IMG/VR virus record: IMGVR_UViG_3300031787_011371
Location: 1-64,000 of that record
From: a virus
Reading direction: 5' to 3' (one strand)
Length of the DNA: 64,000 nucleotides
In this document: positions 18,699 through 29,666 of the stretch, one piece after another
Numbering within the stretch: position 1 is the first letter of the stretch
How the letters are laid out: every line of letters begins with the position of its first letter
Program-made: the position numbers and the translations under genes
Notes under the pieces: model-generated
What the model saw: the letters and a program-made list of their open reading frames with translations, nothing else
Told to the model about the DNA's origin: nothing
Database searches by the model: none

Positions 18699-19580
18699 TT
18701 AACCAGGTATACCTTGAGTTATTGAATCAAAATTTTGATTATTATTAATTGTATTCCTTTTTTCTCTTATATCTATACTTCCTTGACTAAATTGTTTTTT
18801 TCTTGTATATAAATTATATTGTCTATAAACATTATTATTTTCGTCAAAATAAGTTAATATTCCAGTCTCATTATCTCTTGTTGTATTTCCATATAGAGCA
18901 TAAGAAAGGGTTTTTATATCATGTTCTACCATTTCTACTTCTATATGAACTGGGTCAAAGTAAGTGTTAGTCATTAATATGTTTTGTCCAGCATATCCTA
19001 TATCTGGAATACCTTCACCAGACACTAAACTTCCTTCATCTGGAGTTACTGTTAAAAATAAATTACTTCCTGTAGAGTCAAGAACATATGTAGTCGCCCC
19101 TCTATTTACAGTTGTTGTATTTACAGCTGGACTTACAAGGTCACTACTAGTAACTATTCTGTTTAGATTTTTTACCTTTAAACCATCTCTATCAAAATAC
19201 TCAATTGACCATCCAACTAAAGAATTTGTACCTCTAAATTGAGCTGCTGGTATTATTATACCTTTTTTAGAAAGTTGTACACCATTTTCATCTTCAGTTA
19301 CAACATAAGAACAGTCTCTAATTGTTACTTGAAAAGTTTTAGGCTTTATAAGAACTGAATAAAAACCAATTTGATTAAAAGTATTTGCTGGTAATCTTAA
19401 TTTATACATGCCATCAGCTCCAAGCATTTTTAATAAATCGGCTTCTGAAATTGAATTAAAAAGAGGCTTAAATGTAACTTCTCCCAAATCCTCTCTACTT
19501 GGACTATACGCATATAGAACATCAACATCTGATGCTGTAACGTCTGCTAATTTTTTAGTACCATATATACCAACACTCAT
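18699..19580 (-). CDS. Hypothetical protein, probably structural
   Basis: 293-aa ORF; TATTTATA upstream at 19599-19606. Confidence 0.6.
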   Translation of the reverse strand: MSVGIYGTKKLADVTASDVDVLYAYSPSREDLGEVTFKPLFNSISEADLLKMLGADGMYKLRLPANTFNQIGFYSVLIKPKTFQVTIRDCSYVVTEDENGVQLSKKGIIIPAAQFRGTNSLVGWSIEYFDRDGLKVKNLNRIVTSSDLVSPAVNTTTVNRGATTYVLDSTGSNLFLTVTPDEGSLVSGEGIPDIGYAGQNILMTNTYFDPVHIEVEMVEHDIKTLSYALYGNTTRDNETGILTYFDENNNVYRQYNLYTRKKQFSQGSIDIREKRNTINNNQNFDSITQGIPG

Positions 19581-19625
19581 AATTCTTTTTTATTTAATTA
19601 TAAATATAATCAATTAAAATTATTT

Positions 19626-20258
19626 TTAAACAATTAATCTATTGTTGTTCCAAAATTCAAATGGGTTTGTTTTTTTGTTTAAATTTACAAATAAATTTTT
19701 TAATGTTATTCCATTTTCATTTGTGTCTTTTATGTATTTAGAATAATCTTCAACATCAATTTGTTTTTGATTTGATTCTATTTTAAAATTTATATAATAA
19801 TTTTGATTATTATCCTCGTCAACAACCTCTATTAAATCTGTTATATTTATATAATCTCTTCTATTTCCTTCAATTAAATTAAAATTGTTGTCAGTAAAAT
19901 CTATTCTAGAAGTATTTTCTAATGCGTCTCCTATTAAAATTGGATTTGGCTCAGAATTAAATCTTATAACTTCATTATAAAAATCATTTAATATAGGAGC
20001 GACTTTATTTGGTTTATAATAAATTTCATTAAACTCAACACTATCAGTAAAGGCGCTTAAATAATCTTTGAATCTGGAAACAACTGATTGATTGTTTGGG
20101 TTATTTAAAAATTCAACAACATTATTTTCATTAACAAGAGAATTTGTTTCTATTATAGAATTATTGTAAACTAAATAATTATTAAAATTTAACAATCTAC
20201 TTTCTACATTTTGTGCAGCAGCAAAAGAAGGCTTTAAAACTATTTTAAATTTTAACAT
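19626..20258 (-). CDS. Hypothetical protein
   Basis: 210-aa ORF in the operon. Confidence 0.6.
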   Translation of the reverse strand: MLKFKIVLKPSFAAAQNVESRLLNFNNYLVYNNSIIETNSLVNENNVVEFLNNPNNQSVVSRFKDYLSAFTDSVEFNEIYYKPNKVAPILNDFYNEVIRFNSEPNPILIGDALENTSRIDFTDNNFNLIEGNRRDYINITDLIEVVDEDNNQNYYINFKIESNQKQIDVEDYSKYIKDTNENGITLKNLFVNLNKKTNPFEFWNNNRLIV

Positions 20259-20260
20259 TT

Positions 20261-20581
20261 TTATCTATTAATTGTTATTCCATATTTTTCTGCCTTTTCT
20301 TGAACAGAATTATTATTATTAGAGTTTTGTGATAAAACTGAATCTATATCTTCAAAAAAACCAAGCTCAATAAAGTATGGGTTTATAAATTGTCTTTCAA
20401 CAACTAATCTTAATGGGTCAACATCAACATTAACATAGCCTTCAACTTTATTTTTCTTAAATATAGAAACTGTTATATAAAAATCTTTATCATAAGTATT
20501 TGCAATTACACCGTCACTTCTTACTATAGAACTTTCTCCTATTTTATTTAATCTTATTTGATATTTTTTAACATCTTCCAT
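20261..20581 (-). CDS. Hypothetical protein
   Basis: 106-aa ORF; TATTTATA upstream at 20586-20593. Confidence 0.6.
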   Translation of the reverse strand: MEDVKKYQIRLNKIGESSIVRSDGVIANTYDKDFYITVSIFKKNKVEGYVNVDVDPLRLVVERQFINPYFIELGFFEDIDSVLSQNSNNNNSVQEKAEKYGITINR

Positions 20582-20604
20582 ATTATATAAATATATTACA
20601 CAAA

Positions 20605-22812
20605 TTATAATGGTTCAACTGGCGGCAATATTGGATTTAATGAATTATTAATATCACAATATGTATAAGTTACTGGTTCTGATTCAAATTTTGATTCTAT
20701 TATTTGAGTTGTGTTATTGCTAAAATTAGAAGATAATAATGACAAAAATTGATTTGCTTGATAGTTTTGTAGCTGCCTGTATCCATTATTAAATAATAAC
20801 AAACCATTAAACTTAAACGATAAAGTATTATTGCCCAAGTTGTTATTACACAAATAAAGTGGTGACTCACTATTTTCTTCTTGATAATCATTATTTATAG
20901 TCAATCTAGTAAAGGCGTTACTCAAATTTGTAACTAGATAATATTTATTCTCTCCAATAATATCAGAAGACGGTAGAGATTGTATGTTTAAATTAAAGTC
21001 ATCTACAATACTGCTTGAAAAATTTTGTAAATAATTATTATCTGAAGATAAAGTGTTTTCTATTTCTGAAAATATTATTTCATATTTTGTGTTCTGGTAT
21101 CTCTTATTTAATGAATCAAAATTGTCATTAGAAGGCAAATCTATATAAAAAGGAGTGTATCCATTTTCAAATTCTTTTTCTAAAACTATTCCATTAAAAC
21201 CTACTAACTTATCTTCATAAATTATATTAACTCCTTTATTTATTATTTTTATATTATACTTAAAATTTGAAGTTATATAATATGGGCTTGGTGGGTTTGA
21301 AGAATTTATTGATTCTTGATTGTATCCAAAATTTATAGGTATGCTAGATGTAGCAGCAACATCTAGTCTAAAAATACCTTGACCTTTCTGTTCATTATTG
21401 TCTATTATATAAGTAGAATATTTTGGAATCATACTGTCTTGTATGTTTAAAATAAACTTATTTTTTATTTCATCTATTTTAAAGTTTTGACTTGGATTTT
21501 CTAAGTAAAAAATTGCAGTTTTTTCAAACTCATAATCAAAATCGTCAAATATTTGTATATCAAAACTAGCTATGCTTGAACCTTGAGTAAATGATATTGT
21601 CTTTCTAAATTCTGGCTGTTCATCTGTACCAGTATTCTCTAAATCTTTACCTAATATTGCAGTACTTAAGTTATTATCAAAAACAACGTCAACTGTTTGA
21701 TTTGGAACATTCATTGCTTTTTCTAATTCTAAATATACCGATATAGTAGTTGCACTTTCTGTTAATGTTTTTATTGGATTTAAAAAACCACCAACTATTG
21801 GAACATCTAGCTCATTAATATTTACTAAAAAATTATTGTTTGTTTCAGATTTTTCACAAAACTCTAAATTTCTAATACCAAAAGTAATAGTTTCTGCGCT
21901 TTCAACGAATAAATCATCTAAAAGTTCAAGTGAAATTGTTTTAAATTGTTCACCCTTTTCCCACTTCAATATTTGAGGCTCAAAATTATAGTCTTTATTT
22001 GGATTTTCTACTGTTCCATCTGATTCTATATAAACTTCAGCAGATTCTTTACCATATGAACTAGGGTAATCAAGACTAACCATAAAATCAATATTTCCAG
22101 ATTCTTCTTCTACAGTAACATTATTAACATTTTCTTCCAAGTTTCTTCTGAATGATAAAAATCTTGGTCTATCAACATTTAATTCTCTTTTAATCCAATG
22201 TGTATCATATAGAAACGGATAATCATTTTCAATTCCTTGTTCATTTCCATCTAAATCAAAATCTATTGTATCAGTACCATAAGGAATTTTATTTCCGTTT
22301 GAATCGTAAAATAAAAAAGGTATTTCTATTTCTGAGTATATTTTTTTTACAGAGTCATTTATATTTAAAATTAACGATTTTGTTTCTCCTTGATTATTAA
22401 AAAAAGGACTTAATTCAAATATAAAATAAAATGAAGATTTATTTTTTTTAAATATATTTTTACTTAAATTATTATTTTTAGATAATGGTATTGTTTTTAT
22501 TTTATGAACTGTATTTCTAATAGCATTTCTTTCTATTCTTGGTGTAATTAATATATCATCATGATTTGTTTTTATTTCTATTTCAACATTATCAGCATCT
22601 GAGTATATTGAATTTAATGTACCATATAAACAAAATTTTAGAGACTGTTCTCTTTCTGTATTAAACTGTTGAGTTAAATTAAAATTATTATCTATAATAC
22701 CTTTTGTTAATTCATCAGAAGACATTGAAAGTTCTACATTCAAAAAAATATCATTATTTTCTTGAGGTAAAACATCTTTAATTCCAAGTACTATTTTTCT
22801 TTTATCCTTCAT
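20605..22812 (-). CDS. Structural protein with two Calx-beta domains
   Basis: VEEESG..DY..LKWEKGEQFKTISLELLDDLFVESAETITF and TES..ISFTQGSSIASFDIQIFDDFDYE..F.LENPS. Confidence 0.65.
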   Translation of the reverse strand: MKDKRKIVLGIKDVLPQENNDIFLNVELSMSSDELTKGIIDNNFNLTQQFNTEREQSLKFCLYGTLNSIYSDADNVEIEIKTNHDDILITPRIERNAIRNTVHKIKTIPLSKNNNLSKNIFKKNKSSFYFIFELSPFFNNQGETKSLILNINDSVKKIYSEIEIPFLFYDSNGNKIPYGTDTIDFDLDGNEQGIENDYPFLYDTHWIKRELNVDRPRFLSFRRNLEENVNNVTVEEESGNIDFMVSLDYPSSYGKESAEVYIESDGTVENPNKDYNFEPQILKWEKGEQFKTISLELLDDLFVESAETITFGIRNLEFCEKSETNNNFLVNINELDVPIVGGFLNPIKTLTESATTISVYLELEKAMNVPNQTVDVVFDNNLSTAILGKDLENTGTDEQPEFRKTISFTQGSSIASFDIQIFDDFDYEFEKTAIFYLENPSQNFKIDEIKNKFILNIQDSMIPKYSTYIIDNNEQKGQGIFRLDVAATSSIPINFGYNQESINSSNPPSPYYITSNFKYNIKIINKGVNIIYEDKLVGFNGIVLEKEFENGYTPFYIDLPSNDNFDSLNKRYQNTKYEIIFSEIENTLSSDNNYLQNFSSSIVDDFNLNIQSLPSSDIIGENKYYLVTNLSNAFTRLTINNDYQEENSESPLYLCNNNLGNNTLSFKFNGLLLFNNGYRQLQNYQANQFLSLLSSNFSNNTTQIIESKFESEPVTYTYCDINNSLNPILPPVEPL

Positions 22813-22817
22813 AATTA

Positions 22818-25784
22818 TTAACTAAGTCTAAAAATGCTAAATCCACCTTTAGAAGAATCAGTTCCTTTAGGTGATGCGTCAAAATATAACAACCAATTAT
22901 CAGTTCTTGTTGCCTTTTCTAATATTAAACCATTTACTTCATAAGTTCCTTCTTTTCCAAAAGAGTCTTTTTCCGTTTTTTCACCATCTTTTATTTTAAT
23001 GTTACCATCAGCAGTCCATACTCTAGTTATGGCATAATATACAGTTGGACTATTAGAAGCACCTGCTTGCTTGTTAAAAGTTATAAATTCTTGTTTAACT
23101 TCACCAGCGTTTTCTATTTCAGATGTCTTAAAGGCAAAAGTATAATTACAATTAGCATAATAGTTTTCATCTAAATTTAAATTAGAATTTGATTCTAACA
23201 ATATAGAAGAATTACTAAAAATAGAAAATTCTTTAGTTTCTGCTGGCTTTAACATTTGTTTAACACCATTTACAGTAACGTTACTATTTAATGAACCATT
23301 ATTTCTTATTTCTATTATTACAGCTGCAGCAGGCTTCATCTCGTCCTTTTCACTTCCATATTTAAGCTTTAATTGTTGATTAACCTTTTTGTTGTTAACT
23401 AGAACATAGTTGAATTTTATTTCAGAGAATCTTTTCTTTAAAGGTGGCCTTCTTTCAGATACATCTTTTGGAGTATCATGTATTATTCTGTAAATATCTA
23501 AAGAACCTTTTTGTAGCCACTTAGGAGTTATTGAAGTGTCTAATTTCAAAGTTAAATCTTCACCCTGTCTACTCATGGCTTGGATATAAGTTGGTGGTAT
23601 TAAATTTTGAGGAGCAGAAAATGCACTATTTATATCACTACTTAACATGAAATCTCCCCATCCTTGTGCATTAATTCTTCCCCATCCTTCTGGTTTAAGC
23701 CAATACATGAATCCAGCTTCTACTCTTTGATATTTTTCTCCATTTAATACATTGAATGATTTTCCTGGGAAAAGTCCTGAATGTTGTGATTTTCTAAAGC
23801 CGTTAGAATATTCTTCGTGCCAAGAAACATCATTTTCATATTTATATATTGTTTTGTTAGTTACTGCTTGAGCAAATTTATTATATATTATTTCTCCATC
23901 TTCCAAGGCCTGCATTGCACCATAGCCAGTCGATATATCTTGACCATAATAGAATCCAGCTGAATCTCCATCAAAATATCTAGGCTCTACTATATTTGAA
24001 AAATTTTTACTTTCATTTGCTTGAAAAGGTCTTGATGGTATTTGATATGGCTCTGGATAATTTATTGTCCAAGGTTTTTCGTATGGAAATTTACCTATAG
24101 AAGAGTCTTCTGGCAATCCGCTAACAGAGTCTGGTCCAAATCCTAAATTTCTATTTAAATCAAAATGATTAGAACTCTTAGCATTATCATTTAATGAGCT
24201 TCTAACGAAACCTGTTGACCTAAAAACAGAAAAGGCGTCATTGTAGAAAAATTTAAATTCGTAAGAGCAAAGCCAAACTCCATTTGATGACCTTATTTGA
24301 CTTCTTTCGCTATTTTTTGAAGCATTACCATTTGGGTCATATAGATTTGCTGGAACTTTGAAGGCTTGGAATTGATTGTTTCTAAATTCTATCTTTGGCT
24401 TTCTTGTTTTAAATTCATTAAACCATTCCAATCTCTGAGTTTGAACTCTATCAAAAACATCACTAATTTCAACAATTTCAGATGCCAAAGGATATCCTTG
24501 TCTTGTCATATCTCTAGCTAATATTGTTAAAGGGTCGAATCTACCTGTCTCAAATAATTCTTCTATATTTTTCCCACCAAAAGAAATTGGAGACACAAAA
24601 AATGTTGACCACTTTCTCATGTCAAGATTGGCAGTAATATTTACTTCTGTATATCCAGTTTGAAAATCACCCCAAGAAGAAGTAATTCCTATTGGTATTT
24701 GTCTAAAATAAAAGTGTGGTATTTTATCTACATTTGGTTCTTCTTCGGTTGCATAAGGATAAAAATTTAAAGAAACTTCATCTTTAGTCATTCCTTGCTT
24801 TAGTAAATCTACTTCAAACATTAATATTTGATTACCTATTGGTATATCGTGTATAATAAATTCTCCTTTTTCATTAGTTATTGTTGAGTATTTATACTGT
24901 TCTGGTATATTTAATGTATTATAACTTTTTAATAAAGGTTGAAAATTTTCATAATTTAAGTCTAAATTATTTTCACCAATTTCTTTTTTGGCATTTTCTT
25001 TTCCGACATCAAGAACATAAGATGCTATGTCAGCATAGTCTTCTGGCTTTGAGTTTTGTATTAAATTTAACGTAACTCTATCACCAATTTCATCTACAGA
25101 TGAAACGTTTGGAAAAGTATCTGAAGGGTTAAAAATTACTATTGGAACATTTGAAAGTGGAATTAAAACTCTTTCTCCGTTTTCATCTTTTACTATTTGT
25201 TTAGCATACAGAGTACCAGTAACAATACCAGTGCTTGATTCTTGATTTGGAAATTCTGATAAAGGATTGTTTTTTACACTTAAAGTATCTAAAGTGTCAA
25301 TAGTTCTATGTATGCAAATATCAACATTATAATCTTCTTGACTCTTTGTATTAAAAAATACTTTTGCAACAGCAGAATTTCCAGAGTAAGCTTTTGCTTC
25401 TAATAAAAATCTATTTTGATTAAAATTTTTTACATTATCTGGTATAATAGTTCTTCCGTTATTTTTTATTAAAAAGCCTTCTACAACATTTTCTACTTCA
25501 TTATCATTTAAGAAAATAAATTGAGAAGAATATCCATCTCTTCTATAGAAAGAGTTATCTATCTTATCTATTAATTCTACTACATTTCCGTCTTCACCTT
25601 TTAAAGCATATGCTTTTTTTCCATTTCTTTTAATAGTTTTCCAAATAGAAGTAAAGGTGCTTCTTTCTATGCCTTTTTCATCTAAAACAGCAACCATTTG
25701 ACTAGTATCGGCATCAACATTTGTAAAATAAATTGACTCTTCTACAGTTCTACCAGATTTTATTTTTATTACTTCTTCTATCAT
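22818..25784 (-). CDS. Large structural protein with a carboxypeptidase-regulatory-like (transthyretin-like) segment
   Basis: GIVTGTL..IPLSNVPI...TITNEKGEFIIHDIPIG; lies in the baseplate region. Confidence 0.55.
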   Translation of the reverse strand: MIEEVIKIKSGRTVEESIYFTNVDADTSQMVAVLDEKGIERSTFTSIWKTIKRNGKKAYALKGEDGNVVELIDKIDNSFYRRDGYSSQFIFLNDNEVENVVEGFLIKNNGRTIIPDNVKNFNQNRFLLEAKAYSGNSAVAKVFFNTKSQEDYNVDICIHRTIDTLDTLSVKNNPLSEFPNQESSTGIVTGTLYAKQIVKDENGERVLIPLSNVPIVIFNPSDTFPNVSSVDEIGDRVTLNLIQNSKPEDYADIASYVLDVGKENAKKEIGENNLDLNYENFQPLLKSYNTLNIPEQYKYSTITNEKGEFIIHDIPIGNQILMFEVDLLKQGMTKDEVSLNFYPYATEEEPNVDKIPHFYFRQIPIGITSSWGDFQTGYTEVNITANLDMRKWSTFFVSPISFGGKNIEELFETGRFDPLTILARDMTRQGYPLASEIVEISDVFDRVQTQRLEWFNEFKTRKPKIEFRNNQFQAFKVPANLYDPNGNASKNSERSQIRSSNGVWLCSYEFKFFYNDAFSVFRSTGFVRSSLNDNAKSSNHFDLNRNLGFGPDSVSGLPEDSSIGKFPYEKPWTINYPEPYQIPSRPFQANESKNFSNIVEPRYFDGDSAGFYYGQDISTGYGAMQALEDGEIIYNKFAQAVTNKTIYKYENDVSWHEEYSNGFRKSQHSGLFPGKSFNVLNGEKYQRVEAGFMYWLKPEGWGRINAQGWGDFMLSSDINSAFSAPQNLIPPTYIQAMSRQGEDLTLKLDTSITPKWLQKGSLDIYRIIHDTPKDVSERRPPLKKRFSEIKFNYVLVNNKKVNQQLKLKYGSEKDEMKPAAAVIIEIRNNGSLNSNVTVNGVKQMLKPAETKEFSIFSNSSILLESNSNLNLDENYYANCNYTFAFKTSEIENAGEVKQEFITFNKQAGASNSPTVYYAITRVWTADGNIKIKDGEKTEKDSFGKEGTYEVNGLILEKATRTDNWLLYFDASPKGTDSSKGGFSIFRLS

Positions 25785-25843
25785 TATTTATTTGGTTGCT
25801 CAATTAATATATTAAAACCATTAAAAAAGTCAATATTTTATTA

Positions 25844-27250
25844 TTAACTTTCAACTCTAAAATAAATTAATTCATCAATTATTTTTTTTGTTCCCAATTC
25901 ATTAATTCTTAATTCAATTTTATAATTTTGATTATCAAGTAACCAACTTGTATCTAAATCAATATATTCTTTATTGCAATTATTTAAAACTATAGTATTG
26001 AAAGCTGTCCATGGAACTATTTCAGTTACTTCATTTTGTATCAATCTATATTCTAAACCATAATATTCAGTTGGAGCCTTTGTACTATAAGCGACTCTTG
26101 TGTCTGCATATATTCTTATCAATTCTCCTTTTTTTAGTATTTCATTATTAGATAATCCATATAGACTAACTGCATATTCATTTGTTTCTGTTGGAAAATT
26201 TGTATAGTAATTACCTAAAATCTGGAGCTGCTGTTCGAAGTTTTGTTGGTCAATTCCTGGATTAAATGTAACTCCCTGCCAAACATCTTTATATTTTTGA
26301 TTCTTTGTACCTCCAGTCATTAAAATGTCAACATAATAAATTCCTTTTGTTAAATGTTGTGGAGTCAATCCAGTTATAACATCTATATTAGAAATTGTTT
26401 TTATTGATACAGTTCCTGCGGAAAAATAGTTTACTGAAGTATTTCCGCTAAAAACATTTAAAAGAAGTCTTGAAGTTCTATTATTTGCCACTCTCAACCT
26501 ATCATCTCTAACTATTTGATTATCATATATAACTTCTATATAAGGTTTGAAAGATGTGTTTGTTTTTTCCGTATAAAATCTCGACAAATATCTTGTTGAA
26601 CCAGTATTTGACTCAAAATCAGAAGAGTATGCTATTGCTAGACCATTGTTCATGGAACCTCCACTTAACCAATCATTAACTATGTCAGTTATGTCCATAT
26701 CAATATCTTCATCTCCTTTGTCAAAATGTTGAGTAGAATAATGTGTTACTGCAGTTGTACCAGTTGGGTTTGAAAATATTCCAGGCTCATCCCATAAAAC
26801 TGTACTTGTTGCATAATTCCAATTAGAATAACCAGTTAAATTGGTGTCACAAAATTGAGAAATTTTTACATATTGAGTTCCCATTAAATCATATCCTCTT
26901 CCTTGGTCCCATTCTTTGTTTATTGGAAAAGTAATTAAATCAAAAGAAGATGCAATTTTATTTTCTCTTTTACTGAATTCAAAATCTGATTCTAACAATT
27001 CATCATCTGGTACAACGTTTTTTAATTTTAATCTATAAGAAGATATAAAATCAGAATTTATCTCTTTAGAATTTAATTTTTGCTGCAATTCTGCTAAATC
27101 AAATTTCAACAAATATCTAGAAATACTATTTCTTGTATTTTCTCCTCCATACCACAATAAAGCTGCTGGATTAAAGCCAGAATTAAAGTTTTCATAAAAC
27201 CCAGATGCAATAGTATTGCTTTTTTCAGGATATATTCTAAATCTTCCCAT
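25844..27250 (-). CDS. DNRLRE/CBM96-like domain virion protein
   Basis: SRYLLKFDL, W..PG, DITDIVNDWLSG..NNGLAI, PYIEVIY. Confidence 0.55.
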   Translation of the reverse strand: MGRFRIYPEKSNTIASGFYENFNSGFNPAALLWYGGENTRNSISRYLLKFDLAELQQKLNSKEINSDFISSYRLKLKNVVPDDELLESDFEFSKRENKIASSFDLITFPINKEWDQGRGYDLMGTQYVKISQFCDTNLTGYSNWNYATSTVLWDEPGIFSNPTGTTAVTHYSTQHFDKGDEDIDMDITDIVNDWLSGGSMNNGLAIAYSSDFESNTGSTRYLSRFYTEKTNTSFKPYIEVIYDNQIVRDDRLRVANNRTSRLLLNVFSGNTSVNYFSAGTVSIKTISNIDVITGLTPQHLTKGIYYVDILMTGGTKNQKYKDVWQGVTFNPGIDQQNFEQQLQILGNYYTNFPTETNEYAVSLYGLSNNEILKKGELIRIYADTRVAYSTKAPTEYYGLEYRLIQNEVTEIVPWTAFNTIVLNNCNKEYIDLDTSWLLDNQNYKIELRINELGTKKIIDELIYFRVES

Positions 27251-27374
27251 CTTTTATAGTTTATTTTTATTTTAAATTATATATATTATTTCATATTTAT
27301 TATATATGTAAATAGTTAACGAAAAAAGTCTTTATTTTTTTGATAACACTATTTATTTAATATTAAAAAGAAAT

Positions 27375-27773
27375 ATGGCTAAGGGTGTTAATATAAGATT
27401 TCCTTTTAAAGAAACTAATACAGGTGGTGTTTTTGATACATTAAAAACAACAGATAGCGCATTGCGTTCTGATTTAATTTCTTTACTAACAACAAGAAGA
27501 GGTCAAAGGCCTATGAGAAGCACATTATATTCACCAATATATGATTATATTATGGAGCCTTTAGATGAATATACAAAACAAGAATTAAGTAAAGAAATAG
27601 AAGAAAAAGTTAGTGAATTTATACCTCAAATAACAATAACTAATATGTATTTTACTGAAAGAGAAGAAGAAAATTTATTAACAATAGAAATAGTCTTTAG
27701 AATTGATAGCTTTTTTGGGATTGAAGATTCTATAATACTTAATATACCAAGAGAACATGATGCCGCTTCATAA
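27375..27773 (+). CDS. Baseplate wedge protein, gp25/GPW-like
   Basis: IRFPF, LISLLTTRRGQRPM, YIMEPLD, FIPQI; 132 aa. Confidence 0.85.
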   Translation: MAKGVNIRFPFKETNTGGVFDTLKTTDSALRSDLISLLTTRRGQRPMRSTLYSPIYDYIMEPLDEYTKQELSKEIEEKVSEFIPQITITNMYFTEREEENLLTIEIVFRIDSFFGIEDSIILNIPREHDAAS

Positions 27774-27803
27774 TGAGGTAATTTAATACAACCATAATAA
27801 GAT

Positions 27804-29666
27804 ATGCCACAAATAAAAAAACAAGATTATTTAAAAAGAGATTTTGAGACAATAAGAAAAGACATTGAAAGTGTTTTAAAAGTTTATTTCCCAAATGAAT
27901 GGCAAGACTTTAACGTGGCCAGTGCTGGTATGGCGTTGATAGACCTTCTTGCGTATGTTTCTGATTTATTATCATATTACACAGATAAAAGATTCAATGA
28001 ATTATTTTTAGATGGAGTAAGCGAAAGGGAATCGGCAATTAGAATAGCAAAAACTTTAGGTTACAAAGTTCCAGGAGTTAGAGGTTCTTCTACATTAGTT
28101 GACATTACAATAACAGTTCCAGCCATTTCGACTGGACCTGACACTCAATATTTGCCAATATTTAGGCCAGGAGTTAGGTTTAAGGCTAACAATCAAACTT
28201 TTGAGACATTTAATCAAATTAATTTTGCTGATGACTTCTCTGAAACTGGTGCGGCTAACAGAATAATTAATCCTATTTTTGACGCTTCTCAAAACATATT
28301 AGGATACAATATAACAAAAAGAGAATTTTGTGTAGCTGGGCAAACTACTATATATAAAAAAGTAATTACCGAAGAAGAAGCTAATACTCCTTTTTTAGAA
28401 ATATTTTTACCAGAAACAAATATTTTAGAAATTTTAGATATTATAGCAATACCTGGTACTAATATTACTGTGCCTCCAACATATACTGATTATAAAAATC
28501 CTAATTATAAATTTTATGAAGTAGACCATTTAGCAGAAGATGAAATATTTTTAGAAGATACTGGTTCTTCTCCAAATAGTTATGCTTACGGTAGTTGGAC
28601 TAAAGTAAATAAAAGATTTACAAAAGACTTCATGTCTGATGGTTCTTGTAAAATAACCTTTGGTTCTGGTACACCTGACTATGATGCTTATCAAGAATAT
28701 TTAAATAATTTATCAGTAACTAATTCTGGTGAAATAAATTATCAAAAAATATTTGACAATACTTCTTTGGGAGAAAAATTGCCAGCGAATTCAACTTTGT
28801 ATATAAAATATAGAGTAGGAGGAGGAGAGTCTTCAAATTTAGGGTCTAATGTTTTAAATAGTATTTCAAATATAAGTGCAGTTATAAATGGTATAGATGC
28901 AACTAAAAACGATGAAGTTTTAGCATCATCCAGAGGAACAAATATAGTTCCAGCATTAGGAGGTAAAGGTCTTCCTACTGTTGATGAAATAAGATATGCA
29001 GCATCAAGCAATTTTGCAGCACAAGAAAGATGTGTAACTTTAGAAGATTATATAGCTAGAGCAAAACAATTGCCAGGCAAATTTGGTGCGCCATTTAGAA
29101 TAAATGGAAGAGTAAATGATAATAAGGTACAACTATACGTCCTTTCAAAGGATGGAAATGGAAAGCTTACTTCTGATGCTTCTGGTTTAGTTAAAGATAA
29201 TCTAGCAGAATACTTATCTAAATTTAGAATGATTAATGACTTTATAGAAATTAATAATGCTAAGTTTGTCAATTTAATGTTTGAAGTTGATTTATTTACA
29301 GATAAAAGCTTCAATTCAAATGAAATAAAATTAACAGCCTTAAATCAATTAAAAGATTTCTTTAATATTGATAATTGGGATATGGGTCAACATATTTACA
29401 TATCTCAAATAGTTGATGTCCTAAGAGAAATACCAGGAGTTATAAATGTTACAGACATAAGAGCTTTTAATTTAGATGGAGGAAATTATTCTTCAACATT
29501 AATTTCTCAGGCAGACGGTCTTACTGAATTCTTAAGTGCTGATTCTGTAAATACTGGTACAAGAAGAACTGCAATAACATATTTAGACAATACAATATAC
29601 TCTACTCCACTTTCAATGTTTGAAGTTAGATATCCAGAAGTTGATATAAGAGTTAGAACTAATTAA
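27804..29666 (+). CDS. Baseplate wedge subunit, T4 gp6/baseplate J-like
   Basis: RDFETIRKD, DFNVASAGMALIDLLAYVSD, LGYK, ITFG.G, YRVGGG, QERCVTLEDY. Confidence 0.85.
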   Translation: MPQIKKQDYLKRDFETIRKDIESVLKVYFPNEWQDFNVASAGMALIDLLAYVSDLLSYYTDKRFNELFLDGVSERESAIRIAKTLGYKVPGVRGSSTLVDITITVPAISTGPDTQYLPIFRPGVRFKANNQTFETFNQINFADDFSETGAANRIINPIFDASQNILGYNITKREFCVAGQTTIYKKVITEEEANTPFLEIFLPETNILEILDIIAIPGTNITVPPTYTDYKNPNYKFYEVDHLAEDEIFLEDTGSSPNSYAYGSWTKVNKRFTKDFMSDGSCKITFGSGTPDYDAYQEYLNNLSVTNSGEINYQKIFDNTSLGEKLPANSTLYIKYRVGGGESSNLGSNVLNSISNISAVINGIDATKNDEVLASSRGTNIVPALGGKGLPTVDEIRYAASSNFAAQERCVTLEDYIARAKQLPGKFGAPFRINGRVNDNKVQLYVLSKDGNGKLTSDASGLVKDNLAEYLSKFRMINDFIEINNAKFVNLMFEVDLFTDKSFNSNEIKLTALNQLKDFFNIDNWDMGQHIYISQIVDVLREIPGVINVTDIRAFNLDGGNYSSTLISQADGLTEFLSADSVNTGTRRTAITYLDNTIYSTPLSMFEVRYPEVDIRVRTN

